In this document: piece after piece, positions 1 through 14,090 of the stretch
How the letters are laid out: each line of letters opens with the position of its first letter
Position numbering within the stretch: position 1 is the first letter of the stretch
Assembly (NCBI GenBank): GCA_973895155.1
Contig: OZ316892.1
Location: 386,917-450,916 of the forward strand
Direction of reading: 5' to 3'
DNA: 64,000 bases
Source: Marsupella aquatica
Taxonomy: Eukaryota; Plantae; Marchantiophyta
The notes under the pieces: generated by a model
Told to the model about the DNA's origin: nothing
The model's database searches: none
What the model saw: only the letters and a program-made list of their open reading frames with translations
Program-made: the position numbers and the translations under genes

Positions 1-1095
1 CTCCGTTTCTGTGCCGGGAATTGAGAACTTAATGGCACGGGAATCGAGAGCTTAATGGTACAGCTGAGAACAATATGATACCTGTTTGACAAACGTTCAA
101 ATCAGTCTAAGTAGTGCAATCTTGCAAACCCCTCACATAAGGAAAGAAAATTCACTTGGCGAAGGCTCGGTCCGGGCAGAGGAATCTCAACTCAACGTAA
201 CAGTTGGAAAAACCCCTAGAAACATAGGAGTAGCAGTTCTTCTCCAGGATCACTTCGTCCTGCATCAGGAATTGCTGTACTCTTTTAAGAATCATCCCAG
301 CTTTGCCATCCAAACTTCAGAATCAAAACTACAAGTTTTTAGAGTAAAAAGTAAGAGAATGTCTTCCTTCCAAATCCCAAAGCAACCACCGTCATACCTG
401 CATATTGCCCTCTGAAAAACGATGGCGCATGTGCTCTTGTTTATCGCCCTCCAAGACAGAACCCTTCAATCGAACTGTCCTGCATACCAAACAAAAAATT
501 GACGATATTTCTTCAAAGGACTTGAACAAGTGATATGCAGACCGTGTACGTAGCAGATTGGGCAGGCACGACAATTCTTTCAGAACAACAAGTTGGAGCA
601 AATGGTAACAAAATTGATCTAGATTGTGATGGGCAATAAGAGAAGCTCATAAACGGAGATATCCTTTTTAAGTTTGACGTGCGTTTAAAAAAAAGGGAAA
701 TGCACACAATTGCAGGCAGCAGGAGACGTGATCCAAGAATTGAGCAGGACTTGAACCAGGATGGGGGCCGAAAAGTATCCCGGGCTGGAAAAGAGATTCT
801 GTCTCGCTTCCTTGGGCACTGACAGTTGAGAAGTATTGTTGCCCAGCAATTTAGGGTTGAAACGCAGAAGAACATCGAGTATAGCTAGGGCCTTACTAGA
901 TATTCTCTGCCCGAAGGACATCGCGGGAGGCCGTGTAAAAGTGGTAACGCCCACGTACCAGGGATCACTGGATTCGTCAGCATCCGGCTACACACAGCTC
1001 GGTACCAGCTCCTCGAGGAGCAACTACAGCAACATTAAATAATGAGCTACGACGAGTAATTCTTAGCAAATTGTGAATTGTGCAAGCATTGTTAG

Positions 1096-1810
1096 CTTGC
1101 GACAGCCCGGGATTCGGGATATAGGATGCTCATCCTGGAACATGCTTTACTTTTTGTCTACTTTTTGTCTTGTAGTGATATTAAATGGACAAAAAATATA
1201 AATAAAGTACATGCAATAAAAGCACATAGTGACCAATGGAAAGTACAATTTTATTATACAAAGTTGCTATGAGTTGTACACAATGAAATCAAATAATATA
1301 AATAAAGCACATTGGAATAAAAGCACATAGTGACCAATGGAAAGTACAATTTTATTACACAAAGATCCTACGAGTTGTGCACGTATTTCAGTGTGTCTTA
1401 TTAATGACTCTTATTCAATAAAAACCATAAACTTAGGAAATAAAGCCACAAGGGGAGCTTAAAACAGGATGTGCTGACATTTCTTAGAATCATTCCTTTC
1501 ACTCATGAGTATACTTAAAAGTGATAGAAAATGAAGCTCTTAGTTTCTCTCTAGGACTTAACAAAGTTTACAAATTAAGGGGGCTGCCAAAATAAATTCA
1601 AAACACTATAGAATACCAAAAATTTAAAGGGGTCCAAAAATGAATTAAAAGTCTATGTGATACAAAGGATGCCCCTTGTTAAGGTACATTCAAATAAAAA
1701 TTCATGATACACAAATATGAATAAGACAAAACATGAGAGTTGGATTCACCATATAGCAGCTTCAAAATATGTTTAAACCCTAAACTTGCGACAGCCCGGG
1801 ATTCGGGATA
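1096..1810. repeat. 26-bp exact direct repeat (1096-1121 and 1785-1810) flanking a 663-bp AT-rich segment
   Basis: CTTGCGACAGCCCGGGATTCGGGATA occurs at both positions; the sequence between is much more AT-rich than the flanks. Confidence 0.8.
1195..1382. repeat. imperfect tandem duplication, ~101-bp period, 2 copies
   Basis: AATAAAAGCACATAGTGACCAATGGAAAGTACAATTTTATTA at ~1215 and ~1316. Confidence 0.85.
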
Positions 1811-4546
1811 GACACCGTGGATCTCCTTGGATCATGTGAGATCTGGTGGCGAGGAGGAGGAACCCTGAGAAGCGGCACTGTTAAAACCTGATCGGTCACT
1901 CGTATTTTCTCGCACAGCCCTTGATCTGTCACTTGGAATTCAGCTGGACTGAGCCCAGCTAGGTGAGCCGAACTGCGCCATTCCAAATCCAAGTTGCGAT
2001 TCGACTGGGCATTGCCACTGGTCCTACAACACCTTCCTCACACTAGTTGTGCAGCTGATCCAACTCAGGTGAGGTAAAAGAAGAGATCTGACGGCCCGAT
2101 GATGTCCTGAGGATTCTCAGTAGCCACAACTATGTGCGTCACTCAGAGAACTTAACTCAAAATCAAACTAAGATTCTCTGGTCGTTTTGGAGAATACATC
2201 CACAGTTCACGACTCATATCCCGATGGCAACCCATTCAAAACTTAATGAGAAAAGCCCTAGGAAATAAGTGAAGACCGGTCAGAGGTGGAGTTCGCTTTC
2301 CAGCTCGTGTTAAAATCGAGTATTTCCAAGGTCTTGATTAGCGACTAGCAGTCTTCCCCGGGTTGTGTTTTATGCTGTGGTAAGAATTTTTCTATTTTGG
2401 GGGGGCCTCGAAAGAACCCAATGAATTTAATTCAAAAACCCAGCATACAACAGGGACCCACATAGGGGCAAACACCCAGGGGTCCGAAGCAGACCCGGGG
2501 AAGTAGAAGTGCCCAAAAACCGGGGAGGCCGGCACGAGGAGAGGAGCAAGCCCACAGGCAGCCAAACAAGAAGTTAAACTACTGCAGAAAGAGTGGTGCA
2601 CTCTCAAAGACCGGTCAGTGAAGGGAACCAGCAGGAACCATTGAGTGAATCCATGACACATCTGTCGGTCGGCCCTGCAGTGAAGCTTCCTACTCCTGAC
2701 AACAGAAACGCTTCACGGTGGACGTGGGGGGACTGGTAGGACCTGAATGATGTCCTCATGTATCGCCCATAAACCTAACCAACTATCATAATCCAAGGAC
2801 ATGTGGTTGAACTCTAAAACTCTGCTGAGGCTGCCAGTTTAATTGGAGAGTTTTAGAGTTTCTCTTTTTGAAACCAACACACATATAAGTGTCTAAATAC
2901 GATAGAGAGCAAGATTGCTAGGAACTCAAATACTCACTTTGTTTCCAAACGCCTGCAAAACATCTTTCAAGACCTCCCTCTCGACCGCCTTCTCAGCCTT
3001 TCAAGGACGACTCAAGTCAACAGTTGGTGCATCCCTGAGACATGTCAGTTCCACTCCACTACATCTAGCAAGTTCTGCTTAATATGCAAGAGCCAACTCT
3101 GGCTTGGAAATTTAAAATTTTGGGGTTAAACCCCGATGAATAACATGAAGCGCAACCTTCTTGGCTGCTCGCTCAGCTGCATCAAACGGACCACTACTTG
3201 TAGGGGTCTCACTACATGGGGACCTCCCCATCACCTACGACATTTTTAGGCCTTGGACCCCCTAAAATGTAAGAAAAAAATATTATTTTTTAACCCCTAT
3301 AAAGTTGGAATATTCTTGGAATATTCCAAAAATTGGATTAAAAAGGCCCTAATGTTCTTATAAGTCTCAAAATTGAATTTAAAAGACCCTATTGTTCTTC
3401 TACAAAAATTCTTAAGTCTTCCCTTACAACCAATAAAATGACCCTATCCTTCGTCGCACGTGATATGCCATTTTTGTGGAAGTGAAACCCCCAAGGATTT
3501 TTGGATTCCAACTTAGCCCAACTTTGGCCTGGCGTCTATGCAAGCAACCACTCTGATACCACAAGTGGTGGACCTAGCCACCCGATGCCCTCACCAATCC
3601 CAGTACTTTTGCCTAAGTACCCTTGGTGCCCAAATGCCTACACGGAACTCCACGAGCAAGCAACTTGGTGCCTAACTATCATCGCTTGCTGCAACTCCCA
3701 TAAAAAGCAACATTTGCTCCTTAACACAACCGTTGCTCAACTGGGTGCTCAACCAGGTGCTCAACGGTCCTTATTGTCTGCACATGCAACCAAACACATC
3801 GGTAAGTAACCCATCATAATCTAGGATCCCCAAGACCATTGTCTTGCCTCAAGCTCAACAGTCATTAGTATGTAGGTCAGCGGTCAGGATAGAACCTCCG
3901 CGGCCCGCGTGACCTTTCCATAAGTTGAAGCTAAGGCCAACACCCATTGTTTATCCAAAAAAACCATTGTATTGGGTACCACCCATGCTTCCCCACTTTT
4001 TGTCCGTCACTGGCTGACCGCCATGCCTCCTGGACATGCTCTTGGCCCAAATAGCTAGCTTGTCCCAAAGCTTGTTCCAAAACTTGTTCCAAACACTGGG
4101 ATTAGTTTGGCCCCGACTCTAGCAACCATCTCTAAGGCAGGCTCCAACTCAACTGAGGGACTCAACACCCATGCCTACTCTGTATTTCTTCCCAATGCAA
4201 GCTCCCATGGGAAACTGAACACGACTTGGCTGTTATTTTGACAAGATCTGGCAAGCGGGTGAAAGTGCATCAAACTCATCCCCAGTCCCAACTGAGGGAA
4301 GTGGTGTCTCCCTGGGGGCCAAGGGCGAGCCCAAGTCGTGAGTTGCGGCGGACGCGACACTAAGGAGAAATGTCAAACTGGAACGACTATAATTTCTCAA
4401 CGAGAAGTTCGTTGGAGGACTTCTTGGATTTAGTACTCTAAAGGAGTTCTAAATCCTCTTGAGCCCAGTTGGGTCTAGGGGTGTCATTGGCCGGTTCTTG
4501 GGGTTTTTGGGGCTATCTTGCTTGCTTATCATGCCAAAACAATAGT

Positions 4547-4986
4547 TGTGATGCCTAGCCAGGAATCACTAGGCCAGTTTAAATGGTAAAATCAGGAGTG
4601 TACCCTGGAAACACATTAGTATAGTAACAAAAACAAGGAAAATATAAACAATTAAGGGTGACTATGGAACCCGAGCCGAGGCCGAAAGTAAGGACGTCGA
4701 GAGAGGGAACACAATTAGGGTTAGGGCGCGCTATGTACCAGCGGCTATGGGTAACTAACGGGAAGGAAGACCAGGCGGGGGGTAAGGATCGATCGCAAGG
4801 AATGGTGACTCATTTGCAAGCACAAACTAAGCAGACGACTACGTGAAGCAACTACTGTCAACTGCTTAGGCAAGCACTTGGGGAGGGAGCAAATACCAAC
4901 TATCAATTCAAGGAAGGGTATGAGCAACGTCAATCAGGCTGCTCATTTTTGGGGATGCCTGTTAGAACGGGCAACTGAGTACATTG
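4547..4986 (+). mobile_element. diverged 5' fragment of a Gypsy LTR related to the array family, interrupted by the CACTA insertion
   Basis: Starts TGTGATGCCTAGCCAGGAATCACT and aligns colinearly with the first ~440 bp of the young LTR, including the NYCQLLRQALG and MSNVNQAAHFWGCL-ERATEYI coding stretches. Confidence 0.9.
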
Positions 4987-5700
4987 CACTAGTAGAAAAC
5001 AATGTAATTTATGACCGAAACAATGACTATTAATCAGGTCTTTTTAACAAAACAATGACGCAATTGTTCTCGTCTTTCCAGGCGCGTCACAACGGATATT
5101 TTGGTCACGGTCCTTTTGGACAAATGACGCTAAAAACATGTGGTCATTTCATACTATCCTAAATGACCGTTTTTATGATATGGTCATAAATGCTGAACGG
5201 TCCAAAATGACGACACAAATCACCATCGACGGTCAAATGCCGTTCACCGTCGATGGTCCCCGTACCCAATCACACAATGACATGTGGCAATCAAAAACAA
5301 ATAACATTGGTCATTTTGGACTTGTCTAAAATGACGTACATTATATAACAAATCAAATAGTGACACGTGGTTCAAAGAGGATTCACCATTTGGCAATATA
5401 TTTGTGTCATTTTGGACGTGTCCAAAATGACTACGGTATAAACAAGTCATATTGAGACACGTGGTTCAATTGGGAGGAGACACGTAAAGATACACATTAG
5501 TCATTAATGACATGTCTTGAATGACATAAAGTGAGTCATAGTGAACTTGTTTATGATGACCATGAGAACGGTCATTGTATATGTCATTCTTTGAATCATT
5601 TAGTCTATGTCTTTAATGACCAGAGTTGAGTCATATTGGTCACAAAGATAGTTGTGGATAATGACCATTACATCAGTCATTCTAGCCAGTCATTCAGGTG
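4987..5700. repeat. CACTA terminal inverted repeat (4987-~5000) and subterminal region with dense direct/inverted AATGAC-GTCAT motifs
   Basis: Begins CACTA exactly where homology to the LTR relic stops; many ATGAC/GTCAT copies in both orientations, as expected for TnpA-binding subterminal repeats. Confidence 0.8.
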
Positions 5701-6044
5701 AAGTATTCAATGATTTGGAGAAATTCAAATTTAAGTGATCATGATAGATAAAACTTCATGTCAATCAAAACTCATACATTACAAAGCCATTCAATAGATT
5801 TGCTGAATGAAAACTTAAAGAAACATTCGATATATATCACAAATCCAATTGACATTCATACAAGATATTCATAAGTCTCACGGTAACTATTGAACTCAAT
5901 GCAAATTTATGAAACAAAATTACATTGACATCAATAATATTAGATTGTCAATTGTTACAACCTGACATACCAATCACTGCATGTTTATAGAAAAACAGAG
6001 TTGTCATTCTATCATGTCTATTGTTTCTTGATAGAGTGCTATTT

Positions 6045-9000
6045 CTATGGCTTCTTAAGCAATGTAGAGTTCCATAGGGCATTCATCCCTTTCACATCAG
6101 ATAATTTAGACTGGTTCTCCCCTGCATTGGCAAATGGCAATGCCACATCTACAAACACTTCAATCACACGCACTCGCAAGAAAGGGCTTTCAAAATCTGC
6201 ACAATGAAACTTATCTTCTCCTAGCAGCCCTGTCACCTCACCTTCTGCCACTATCATGGAATTGTCCACAACGCACTTCATCTTCACCAAATCTCCTCTT
6301 GCAAACTGTGAACAACACATTTTGTTAAAAATGCAATAAACAGAAATTGAAAGATAGAAGAACACTCAAATCAAACACACATTTACCTTTGCAATGGGGT
6401 TAGGAGACTACATTGGTTTCTTCTGTGCAGGTGATGCATTTGCTGAGGATGCTTTCTTCCTTTTCTTCTTTCCCTTTCTAGTTGATGGAGTGTCATCCTG
6501 CTCACTTGGAACAGGAGTTTCTTTTGGCAACTCAGATGATTCTGGGGTTACATCTGGTGTCAACTGAGTCGACTTATCCTCTGGCAACTGAAAGGCATCT
6601 GAAATGGCTTCTTTGGGCAACTTAGATGGCAAAAGGTTCACTTCCAATAATTCAGTTTGCTTCAGAGTACTGTTAGCTGTGTCAGTTGGTCTTCCTTGTG
6701 ACACAGGAGGCTCCCCTAAAGATGCTGTCATAAAACACACACAAAAGAAATGCATAAACAAACATGTATACACCAGCAACATATAATCACACTAAAAACA
6801 TGCAAGAACATTATAAACATGCAATGACATATACACATCACAAGAATTACATTGAATGGACAGTGTATACATGATAGAGAATTTTACCTTCATTATCGCC
6901 TGAAAAAGTAAGAGATCGCTTTCTACTACCTTGTTTGGTAGCTGTAGTCAACTTACTGTGACTAGGCACAACTGTTGGAACTTGTGCATTACTGGTTTGA
7001 TGTGCCATCCACGTAGTCATCATGTTTGTCAACTCCCTCACAGTGCCTTTCAACTCAGCGACATCCAATTTCACAGCCCCAATGGAAGTGATCTCTTCTT
7101 TTGAATGTGGGGTCTGTAAATGAACCACAAACCAACACAACATTCTCACTGTCAAACTTACAAACGACACAACACTCTGTCAAATGGAGAATGATGTACA
7201 AATCAAATTGGTATGACAATACTCACAGCTGATCCATGTCTGTATCCTTGCCCCAGTAAGCTAGCACTTTTACCCTCCCCACTTGCCAATGATGGGCTCA
7301 CCTTTGCTCCCACAAAACTACCAGTCTGACCTTCTGCACTTGCCAATGATGGGCTCATTGTCACCTTTGGCAATCAACCCTAACTACCATGGTTTTCTTT
7401 CAGGTCAGATATACCTGAGCTTGATCCTCTCTTCTGCTTCTGTTCAAACACACAATGAATGAGAATCACAGAGTCTGTTTTCATGAAGATTCACAAACAA
7501 GACAGAATTGATAGTGAAAATGATAGACAATTGACCATTCTCTTTGCTGTTGCAGCATGCCCTCCTCTTCCAAAGTGAGAGGTATCTTGCACTCGTGCTC
7601 TTTTATCAGTCATCTGTTTACTCAAAGATATCAATGTTGGACTGGTAAAATGAGATACCAAAGCTGCCCATTTCTTTGGATCAACACCAGATGGCCCAGG
7701 TTTGGTTGGATCCTCATTGCAAACTTTCTTCCAGTAAACATGCATTTTATGGCGCTCTCTCTTCAATATGCCACGACAATGTCTCTGGAATTTGGTCTTA
7801 ATAAATTCCCCACCCACATACTTCCACTCAGCTGCCATGTTATTCCACACTGTGGTTGTATGAACTTGTGGATGATCAGTCCATTTTGGCTTTGATACAT
7901 CAAAGACTCTGAGTACTTTGCCACGAAGTTCCTCCAACCAGTATTGTTTGTTGCCATCAGAATCATCAATATCATTGTCATAAATCTGCATTTCACAAAC
8001 AATGTCAATTTATAACTTTGGAATTTATGCAGAGTCCAGGTTTTATACACACAACAACAGAGAGGATCAGATTTGATCACCCTATTCATTAAAAGTGTAT
8101 TTTATTTTGTTCACTTTTAGTCCTCTAAATGTTCACTTTTTGGTCTCTAAATGTACACTTTTTAAACCCAAAAGGTACACTATGGTATAATACTCTACAC
8201 CTAAATGATCAATTGTAAACTTGAGGTGACAAAAATGATCTTGACTAGAAGAAGTCTCATCCTAGTTCATTTACAAAGGATGAACATGGTGGTACATCTG
8301 ATGGCCATCAACTTTGTTTCTTGCCTAATTGTACACTTTTTGAAGGCCAAATGTACACTTTGTGTTGCCCAAATGTTCATAAATTGAATAATAATTCACT
8401 TTTAATGAATAGATTGATTTTGTCTAAATCTACATTCAAAAAAAGTACAATACTCACTTTAATGTGTTTGGGCAAATCTCCGTGATCCCTTCGTTGTTTG
8501 GCAGTATTATCAAACTGCTTCTTAGCATGCCTTCGTTCCCTGCGCATCTCAGAGGCCCCGCCTGCAATGCACACACATGCATTCAATCAAAAAATATGTA
8601 CATGATTGAAAAGTTGAGCAAATGCTCTTGCATATGCATGACGAGCAGATTGTGTATTACCTGAAGATCCTCTGGAATGTAGTACATCAGATTGACCTGA
8701 TCTGCCTTCAGATGCTGATGGAACCACTAAACAAACACACAACACCAAAGCACTTCAATTAATTTCATTTCCAAGTAGAATATCAACTTCCAAACACACC
8801 TGAAAAGTAGAACAGTACAATCCACTCACTTTCATATAAGAGTCCAGTGTCTGGGTCTTTCCAACATCTCACCAGCCCACCTCCACCAGGCCCAGTCTTC
8901 TTAGGACCACGATTTTGTTTCTGTACCTACATCATGGAAAAATGTAAGCATATCAACATATAATTTGAAAAAGGGACAAGGATCCCTTCCTATTAGGATG

Positions 9001-9570
9001 ATGAAGTTCAAGCATTACCTGTTGTTCACTCTCTGGTTCTGACCCTCCAATGTCAGAGTCCTCAGTGTCATACTCAGAAGGAGAACCATAGCCATCATCA
9101 CCACACTCTGCCATGTTCACCTTGGTAACTTCTGATAGTCTAGAGCTCCTCCTCTTTGGCAATGTTTCAGTTGAAGTACCTTTCACCAAAGTAGGCTTTC
9201 CTCTCTCTCGTTGTACATGTGTGGTTGGGCCTCTAAGGAACAAAGCAATCATCAACATACACCAATGCAGATCAAACATACATGCAAAATGAATCTACAA
9301 CACCGTAACACTAGTACTTATGTACAAGATCCCTACTAGTATGAGACCAATCTGGAATATGAAAACAGAACATGAACCTGACAACTTCATCTACTGAATC
9401 AAATTTGCAACAGACATATTAACACACACATCAGCATGCAGCCTGGCCCCAGTCCTAGATCATGCATAATTTTGACATTATGCTCTATGTTCTGCTTTCG
9501 GGCCTCCTCATAAGGATTCACAGAATGTGACAACCCCTGCAATCTTCCTTTCACAGGCTGCATTCACCAA
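6045..9570 (-). CDS. multi-exon CACTA TnpA-like protein (Transposase_24/Ptta-like middle domain, Tnp1/Transposase_23-like C-terminal domain); exon limits approximate, integrity uncertain
   Basis: Exon 7537-7987 has KWAALVSHFTSP...KRARVQDTSHFGRGG; the last exon has IVAEGEV...LRVRVIEVFVDVALPF...KLSDVKGMNALW; numerous GT-AG bounded short exons lie between. Confidence 0.7.
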
Positions 9571-9653
9571 CTGCACAAATGGGTAAACCATTAGTCTGAT
9601 TTCATATATAGTCCATACATGTAGTCCATCTATGGACTTCACACACCTAAAAC

Positions 9654-12600
9654 CTATTCACTACTTAGGCTTGCCCTTTCTTGCAGATCCCTCTGCATCT
9701 CTACCTCGTTTGGGACCAGTACTTGGTCTTGGATTTGCTCTGGCCTACAGGCCTTAGCCAATTTGATGTGTAATTTGGCATTGTTTTCCATTGTAGCATG
9801 GAAATCAACGTCTGTGTAATCACCTAACACCCTTGTGGACCTGGATTCTTTGTGGAGGATTGTTCTCCATGCTATCCCCTTCTCATTGGGGTGGAAGAAA
9901 ACCTGCTCCACTTGCTTTGGGAAAACGTAATCCATTTTCTTGGACACACCCAGTTCTCTATGGAAATTCACCTGCCAAAGACCAGACTCATAATACCTCA
10001 TACTGGCAGAGGATTTAGGAGTCCATGATGGATCTGCCCATTTCCCTTTGAAAAGAATCACCTCTTTCCTCAAGCTGCCGTAATTCAGTACTAAGATATC
10101 TGTCAAGGCCCCTACATACTGTACAGATTCTTCTCTAGTTGCGCCAGACCTGTCCACTCGCTTCTCAGTGAATGTCGAAGCCATCCCAGAATCAAAAGTG
10201 CTGAATGCACCAGAATCACAATCACTCAAACACCCCAAGGATGGAATAGTCCTCCAGTGATGCCCATAGGCTCTGCATGCCCTATACAGTCGTGCCTTCA
10301 AACTAGGTGGTGTGGAGTATGCAGATAGTAATGACCGCTCAGACTCTGTCTCAAAATTATGGGTATTGACTAATGTTTGAAACCATTCCCTAAAAGGTGG
10401 CAGTTCTTGGCAGTCAAGGGGATATTCCACTGGTTTTCTTTGATTGGCAGGCTTCCTCATCCATTCCTTCCGGAAATCCACTCTTTGTTTGGTAACAGTC
10501 TCATTGGTAGCATCATATATCCTACATGGCAACAACAACACTCAAGACATTAGTGCACGATCCACCATGAATATACAAACACAATGGGGCAGCATAATTA
10601 TGATGCATATGGTACAGGGTTTACATACCTATACCATGGAGCCACTGTCTCTTCATTCTCCAATATATAATGATGCATGGCCATCATTTCAGACCAATTC
10701 AAAGTTATCTCCTTTGCAGCCCCTTCCAAGACAATGCCTGCAACGCCAGCATCCTCCTCCAACTCCCAGGTTCGTTTTCCCTCTCCCTTAGCATCAATCA
10801 TGTATTCAGAAAGGAATCCCAAAGACTCATCTAATACATAGCCTTCAGCCATAGAAGCCTCTGGACGTGCCTTGTTTCGTACATAACCCTTCAAAACCTT
10901 CAGGTTCCTCTCTATTGGGTACATCCATCTGCCTGTAACTGGGCCACACAAGTCTAATTCCTCCACTAGGTGAATCATTAAATGGGTCAGAGAGTGAATG
11001 CAACATCCATCATCAAATTCTCATACATTGAAGGGTCCCACACCTTCGTACAGATCTGGCGATAGATATTGCTCATCCCAGCTATGGCCAAGCGAACCCC
11101 TTCATCAAGTAATCCCATTGTTGCCAGAGGGAGAATCTGTTGCATGAGTTGGTGGAAATCATGTGATTTCAACCCAGAGAGTTTCTTGGATTTTGTAACA
11201 CACTTTGCCAAAGAACTTGAAAAACCAGTGGGCCCTTTCAAGGTCAATAACACCTCCAAGAACCTTGTTCTTTCCTTCTTGCTCAGGCAATATGGGGCTG
11301 GGGGCATCAACAATTTGTCATCCTTACGTTTGGAAGCTGGATTGGGTACAAGCCATAGGTGTTGGCGCACCTGTAAGAGCTTCAGGTCTTCTCGCACAGA
11401 AGGAGTGTCCTTGGTCCCAATGATAGTGTGCACAATGTTGTGTGCAAGATTCTTCTCACAGTGCATGGGATCTAGACAATGGTTAATGAGTAGTTCCTGC
11501 AGTGGACACACAATTCAGAAATTAGGGCATTGAATACAACAATTACAAAATCTGGGCTACAGGAAGTAAACACATTTCAAAGTCATATGAAGAGATTGCA
11601 GAAATTCATTGTAGTAGTATGGAGTCTTACGTTCCAATAGGGTAACTTGTACAGACCAGTAGCCCTCTTCACTCCATGCACCTTTATGGGGCAGCTCTCA
11701 TCCTCAACCTTGGTTCCTCCCTTCTTCAAATATTATGTTGTCTCGTCTCCCCACTTCTTTCTATCAGAGCTTGACATTCTACACGGTGCAGGTCGGCTCT
11801 CAATTGCACCATCAAAGTATTGTGCATTGTCTGGTCTACGAAAAAGATGCCTTGCTGCTAACCATCGACGATGGCCATTGTACTCTAATTTCTGCAAGTG
11901 CTTAGAACCACGTGCCACACATTTTGGCCCACAGATGACACATCCTTTGTATCCAGCGTGTTGTTGTCCAGATATTAAACCATATGCAGGGTAATCATTG
12001 ATTGTCCACAATAGCAAAGCCCTTAGGTTGAAGTGTTGAGACAATCCTAGGCGTGGCAATTTGTCAAAGCAGGGCACTCCTTTTGTCCACAACAGCTCCA
12101 GCTCCTCATAGAATGGGCCCAATATTATGTCCAGTTGTTCCTCTGTTACTGAATCAGGTCCTGGAATCAGCATAGCTAGCATGACAAAGAACTTCTTGGT
12201 GGTAAGCCAAGGAGGTAAATTGTAATTCAACAACAAGATTGGCCAGGTAGACCAAGGTGTGGAATTATTCCCAAAGGGATTCACCCCATCAAGTGCCAAC
12301 CCAAATCGCACATTCCTTGGTTCAACTGCAAATTTTTTATCAATATTTGTATCCACATGCTTCCAAGCCTTGGAATCTGCTGCGTGCCGAACCATGTTGT
12401 CTGTGCTTCTATTCTCATGATGCCAAGTCATGAGTTTAGATGTACCAGTAGTGGCATACAATCTCTTCAACCTGGGAATTATAGGGAAATACCGCACCAC
12501 CTTCCTTGCCTGTAATGAATTCCCCACTGTCTTCATCTTGGGCTGCTGACACACTGAACAGTTTTCTAACTTGGCATTCTCACCCCTAAAGAGCATGCAA

Positions 12601-13490
12601 CCTTTCTCACAGATAGGGATTCTCTCATAATCCAAGCCAAGCTTTCTCAATAGCTGCTTTGCAGCATATAAGTTCTTGGGCAGATTATGCTCTGCAGGCA
12701 TACCATGCTCCCCCATCAAAGACAACAATGCATTCACTCCTTTGTTTGAGAATCCATGGCCATGACAGATGTTCAGCAGAAGCAACATGAATGACACAAC
12801 ATCTATTTTGCTGCCTGGGAACAAAGGTTGCATTGTTGCATCTAAAGATAACTGTGCAGGATCAGTCTCCACAGGAGTTTTGGAGGTTTCAAGGGGGTTT
12901 ACAGGATGGGCACCTCCTTCACTCTCATCATCCCCAAGTACAAAATCCAAGTCAAAATGGTCCTGATCATCTAGCTCATGCTTAGGGGATTCTTCACTGG
13001 TTCTCAGCAACGTTTCTTCCAGTAGAGCCCTGATATGTTCTTCGACATCTACAGTTGGATACTCTGGAACATCCACAGTTGGATACTCTGGAACATCTAC
13101 AAATAAATGTTCTTCAACATCTATAGTTGGCTGTTGTGCACAGGTTGCCTGCTGAAGGTTTGCTACCCCCAATGCCTCAGGGCCATGTTGTGACATGTAG
13201 TCAGCACCCCACTCTTCATCAGAAGAGTCCTGTCCCTCTCCCACCCACACTCGACATGCAGGGTACCGACCATGTTTAATAAGGTGCAGTCTAGCAGTAT
13301 TCTGATTAGTCCTATAATTCCCTTTGCAGTTCACACAAGGGCAGTACATCTTATGGTCCCCACTCTTGTGGTAGGCCTTCTGTTCTCGAACCCACAAAGC
13401 ATCATCACGATGTTGTACTCTAGCTGGATGGAGGAGCGACAACTTTGGAGTTCTACCCACACCTAACATATTATGTGGCAATTGTGCCAT
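9654..13490 (-). pseudogene. CACTA TnpD/Tnp2 transposase (transposase-associated Zn domain, Transposase_21, DUF4218, DUF4216), disrupted
   Basis: YCPCVNC..LHLIKHG; YFPIIPRLKRLY; RNVRFGLALDGVNPF; YNLPPW; WTINDYPAYG; LDPMHCEKN; GLKSHDFHQLMQQILP; WMYPIER. Introns at 11497-11630 and 10522-10628. In-frame TAA at 11733-11735 and a deletion/frameshift near 10987 (the usual LE..FPPSFFD segment is missing). Confidence 0.93.
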
Positions 13491-14090
13491 GCTAGCTTGA
13501 TTGAAATTGTATTCAAACTATGATTTTCAAACTGAATCAGAGTGACATGCATACAAAATTGGGCCTACCGTCACAGTTGTACAACCGATGCCAACCACAG
13601 TCCAATTGCTCAAACCCACAGAGCCCAGTTTCTCAAATCCACTATAGTAGGGCACCTTCTCCTTCTTGCATACAAATAGAGCATCACATATAGTGTCATC
13701 AGAATGATACTATGAAAGTAAATCTCTCTGCCTTCATCATTTCCAGTATTTGTTTACCTATTAGGAATGTGAGCAGACAGGTTTGGAATAAGTAACGTTT
13801 GTGACACCAGTGACAAATTTACAAGTGAAGTTTAGACATCAATATGGAGGAAAGTCACACTCAAAGCACATGCTTGAAAATCGGAATCCTACCCTGGAAA
13901 AGATAATAAAGTTGATTTCTCAAAATTAATTGCCTCAATCCACAATGCACTGTCGTAGAGTGTGTATACATGAGGAGTTCATCAAACTGCATATAAATAG
14001 TCCACATGTTTTAGCACTCTGAAAATTGTTTAAGTCCACGTGAAACCATCAAAAAGCTCTATCTCAAGTTTGTGTTCCATCCAGCCTCAA

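Noticed and set aside
1-4546. Short ORFs in the first 4.5 kb as genes
   Set aside because: No recognisable domain or consistent exon structure; probably decayed repeat DNA that I cannot classify
13040-13130. 24-bp coding repeat (VDVPEYPT) in TnpD
   Set aside because: Ordinary in-frame slippage in a variable linker
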